IMG/VR virus record: IMGVR_UViG_3300025395_000007
Direction: 5' to 3' (one strand)
DNA: 64,000 nucleotides
Source of the DNA: a virus
Shown: in pieces, positions 63,276 to 64,000 of the stretch
How the letters are laid out: each line of letters begins with the position of its first letter
Numbering within the stretch: the stretch's first letter is position 1
Program-made: the position numbers and the translations under genes
The notes under the pieces: generated by a model
What the model was told of the DNA's origin: nothing
Seen by the model: the letters and a program-made list of their open reading frames with translations, nothing else
Databases searched by the model: none

Positions 63276-63632
63276 TTATGCCTGTCTAGTAATAAACAAC
63301 TCACGTTCGCTATTCGTATGGAAAAACTCACGAACAGTCTGAACAACAACATCCTTGTCGAATGTCTTGCAGCTGAAAACATCAAGATAGAATGTATCAG
63401 TATCGTTACAAAAATGAGCGCAGATATTTGATGTTTCGATCAGCTGAACAAGCGTGTAACCTGCCTTATTACCAGTACCGAAATTGACAATCTGTGGTTC
63501 GCCATAAGCTACCATATCAATACGCTTGACTAATTCCTTAGTAAATGCTGCGATATTTGCAGAGTCAGTAATAGATGCATGATCCGCTCCAGCGCAGTCA
63601 AGCATAAGATGGTAGCCCCAATAGTTAGCCAT
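63276..63632 (-). CDS. speD: Pyruvoyl-dependent S-adenosylmethionine decarboxylase-like proenzyme
   Basis: GYHLMLD, LIETSNICAH, LDVFSCK.F. Confidence 0.82.
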   Translation of the reverse strand: MANYWGYHLMLDCAGADHASITDSANIAAFTKELVKRIDMVAYGEPQIVNFGTGNKAGYTLVQLIETSNICAHFCNDTDTFYLDVFSCKTFDKDVVVQTVREFFHTNSERELFITRQA

Positions 63633-63921
63633 TATTTTCCTCATAATTAATCTTGTTAATAAAATTTAGTTTCTTGTCTTCAGTCCATGTTTGTAGATAG
63701 TCATTATCTTCATCAAACATACGAAGGTATTCTTCCTTGCTAATCTCACGATGAGAAAGGATAACTGTAGGCTCTAGATGCTGTTGTGAAAATTCTGCGA
63801 AATCCGAATCTGTTTCTCTCATAACAACTTCATCAAGAGCATGATCAATATCATCTTCAACTTCTACACAATAACGTAAACGAAATTGTGATAGAACATC
63901 AACCATAACAAGCTTTTTCAT
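63625..63921 (-). CDS. Hypothetical protein
   Basis: R.RY.VE...EFSQ.HL. Confidence 0.65.
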   Translation of the reverse strand: MKKLVMVDVLSQFRLRYCVEVEDDIDHALDEVVMRETDSDFAEFSQQHLEPTVILSHREISKEEYLRMFDEDNDYLQTWTEDKKLNFINKINYEENNG

Positions 63922-64000
63922 ATTAGTATGCAGGCAATGATTGGATATAAACAATGCTATCGATACGGAAAGAACGCCATCCGTTTTGTTCGATATCCCA

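Overview
This is a 64-kb, AT-rich segment of a large T4-like myophage genome in the standard genetic code. The host is probably an alphaproteobacterium, inferred from a tRNA-His lacking G-1 with G1:U72/A73 and a Rhizobiales-style porin. Layout: (1) 1-14.8 kb, a run of Asn/Thr/Ser/Gly-rich tail-fibre or adhesin genes. (2) 14.8-30.2 kb, the T4 morphogenesis core gp13-gp23 and gp3, with TATAAATA-type late promoters. (3) 30.2-37.7 kb, uvsY, uvsW, gp55, gp47, gp46, a 2OG-Fe(II) oxygenase and a peptide deformylase. (4) 37.7-45.7 kb, a compact candidate DNA-hypermodification locus: NTP pyrophosphatase, TET/JBP-like dioxygenase, class II glutamine amidotransferase, amidoligase, GNAT, GIY-YIG/ParB-like protein, aGPT-Pplase-like transferase, P-loop kinase, DUF3310-like protein and glycosyltransferase. 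This is the best candidate for an undescribed system. (5) gp45, gp44, gp62, regA and small early genes. (6) 50.1-57.1 kb, an array of 24 tRNAs with an rRNA-operon-like leader, interleaved with about ten unassigned structured or tRNA-like RNAs and small CDSs. (7) After a bidirectional terminator, a minus-strand block: putative internal head protein, nuclease, phoH, rnh, GT4 glycosyltransferase, NDP-sugar dehydratase and speD. All calls come from motif recognition and manual folding; no database search was run.
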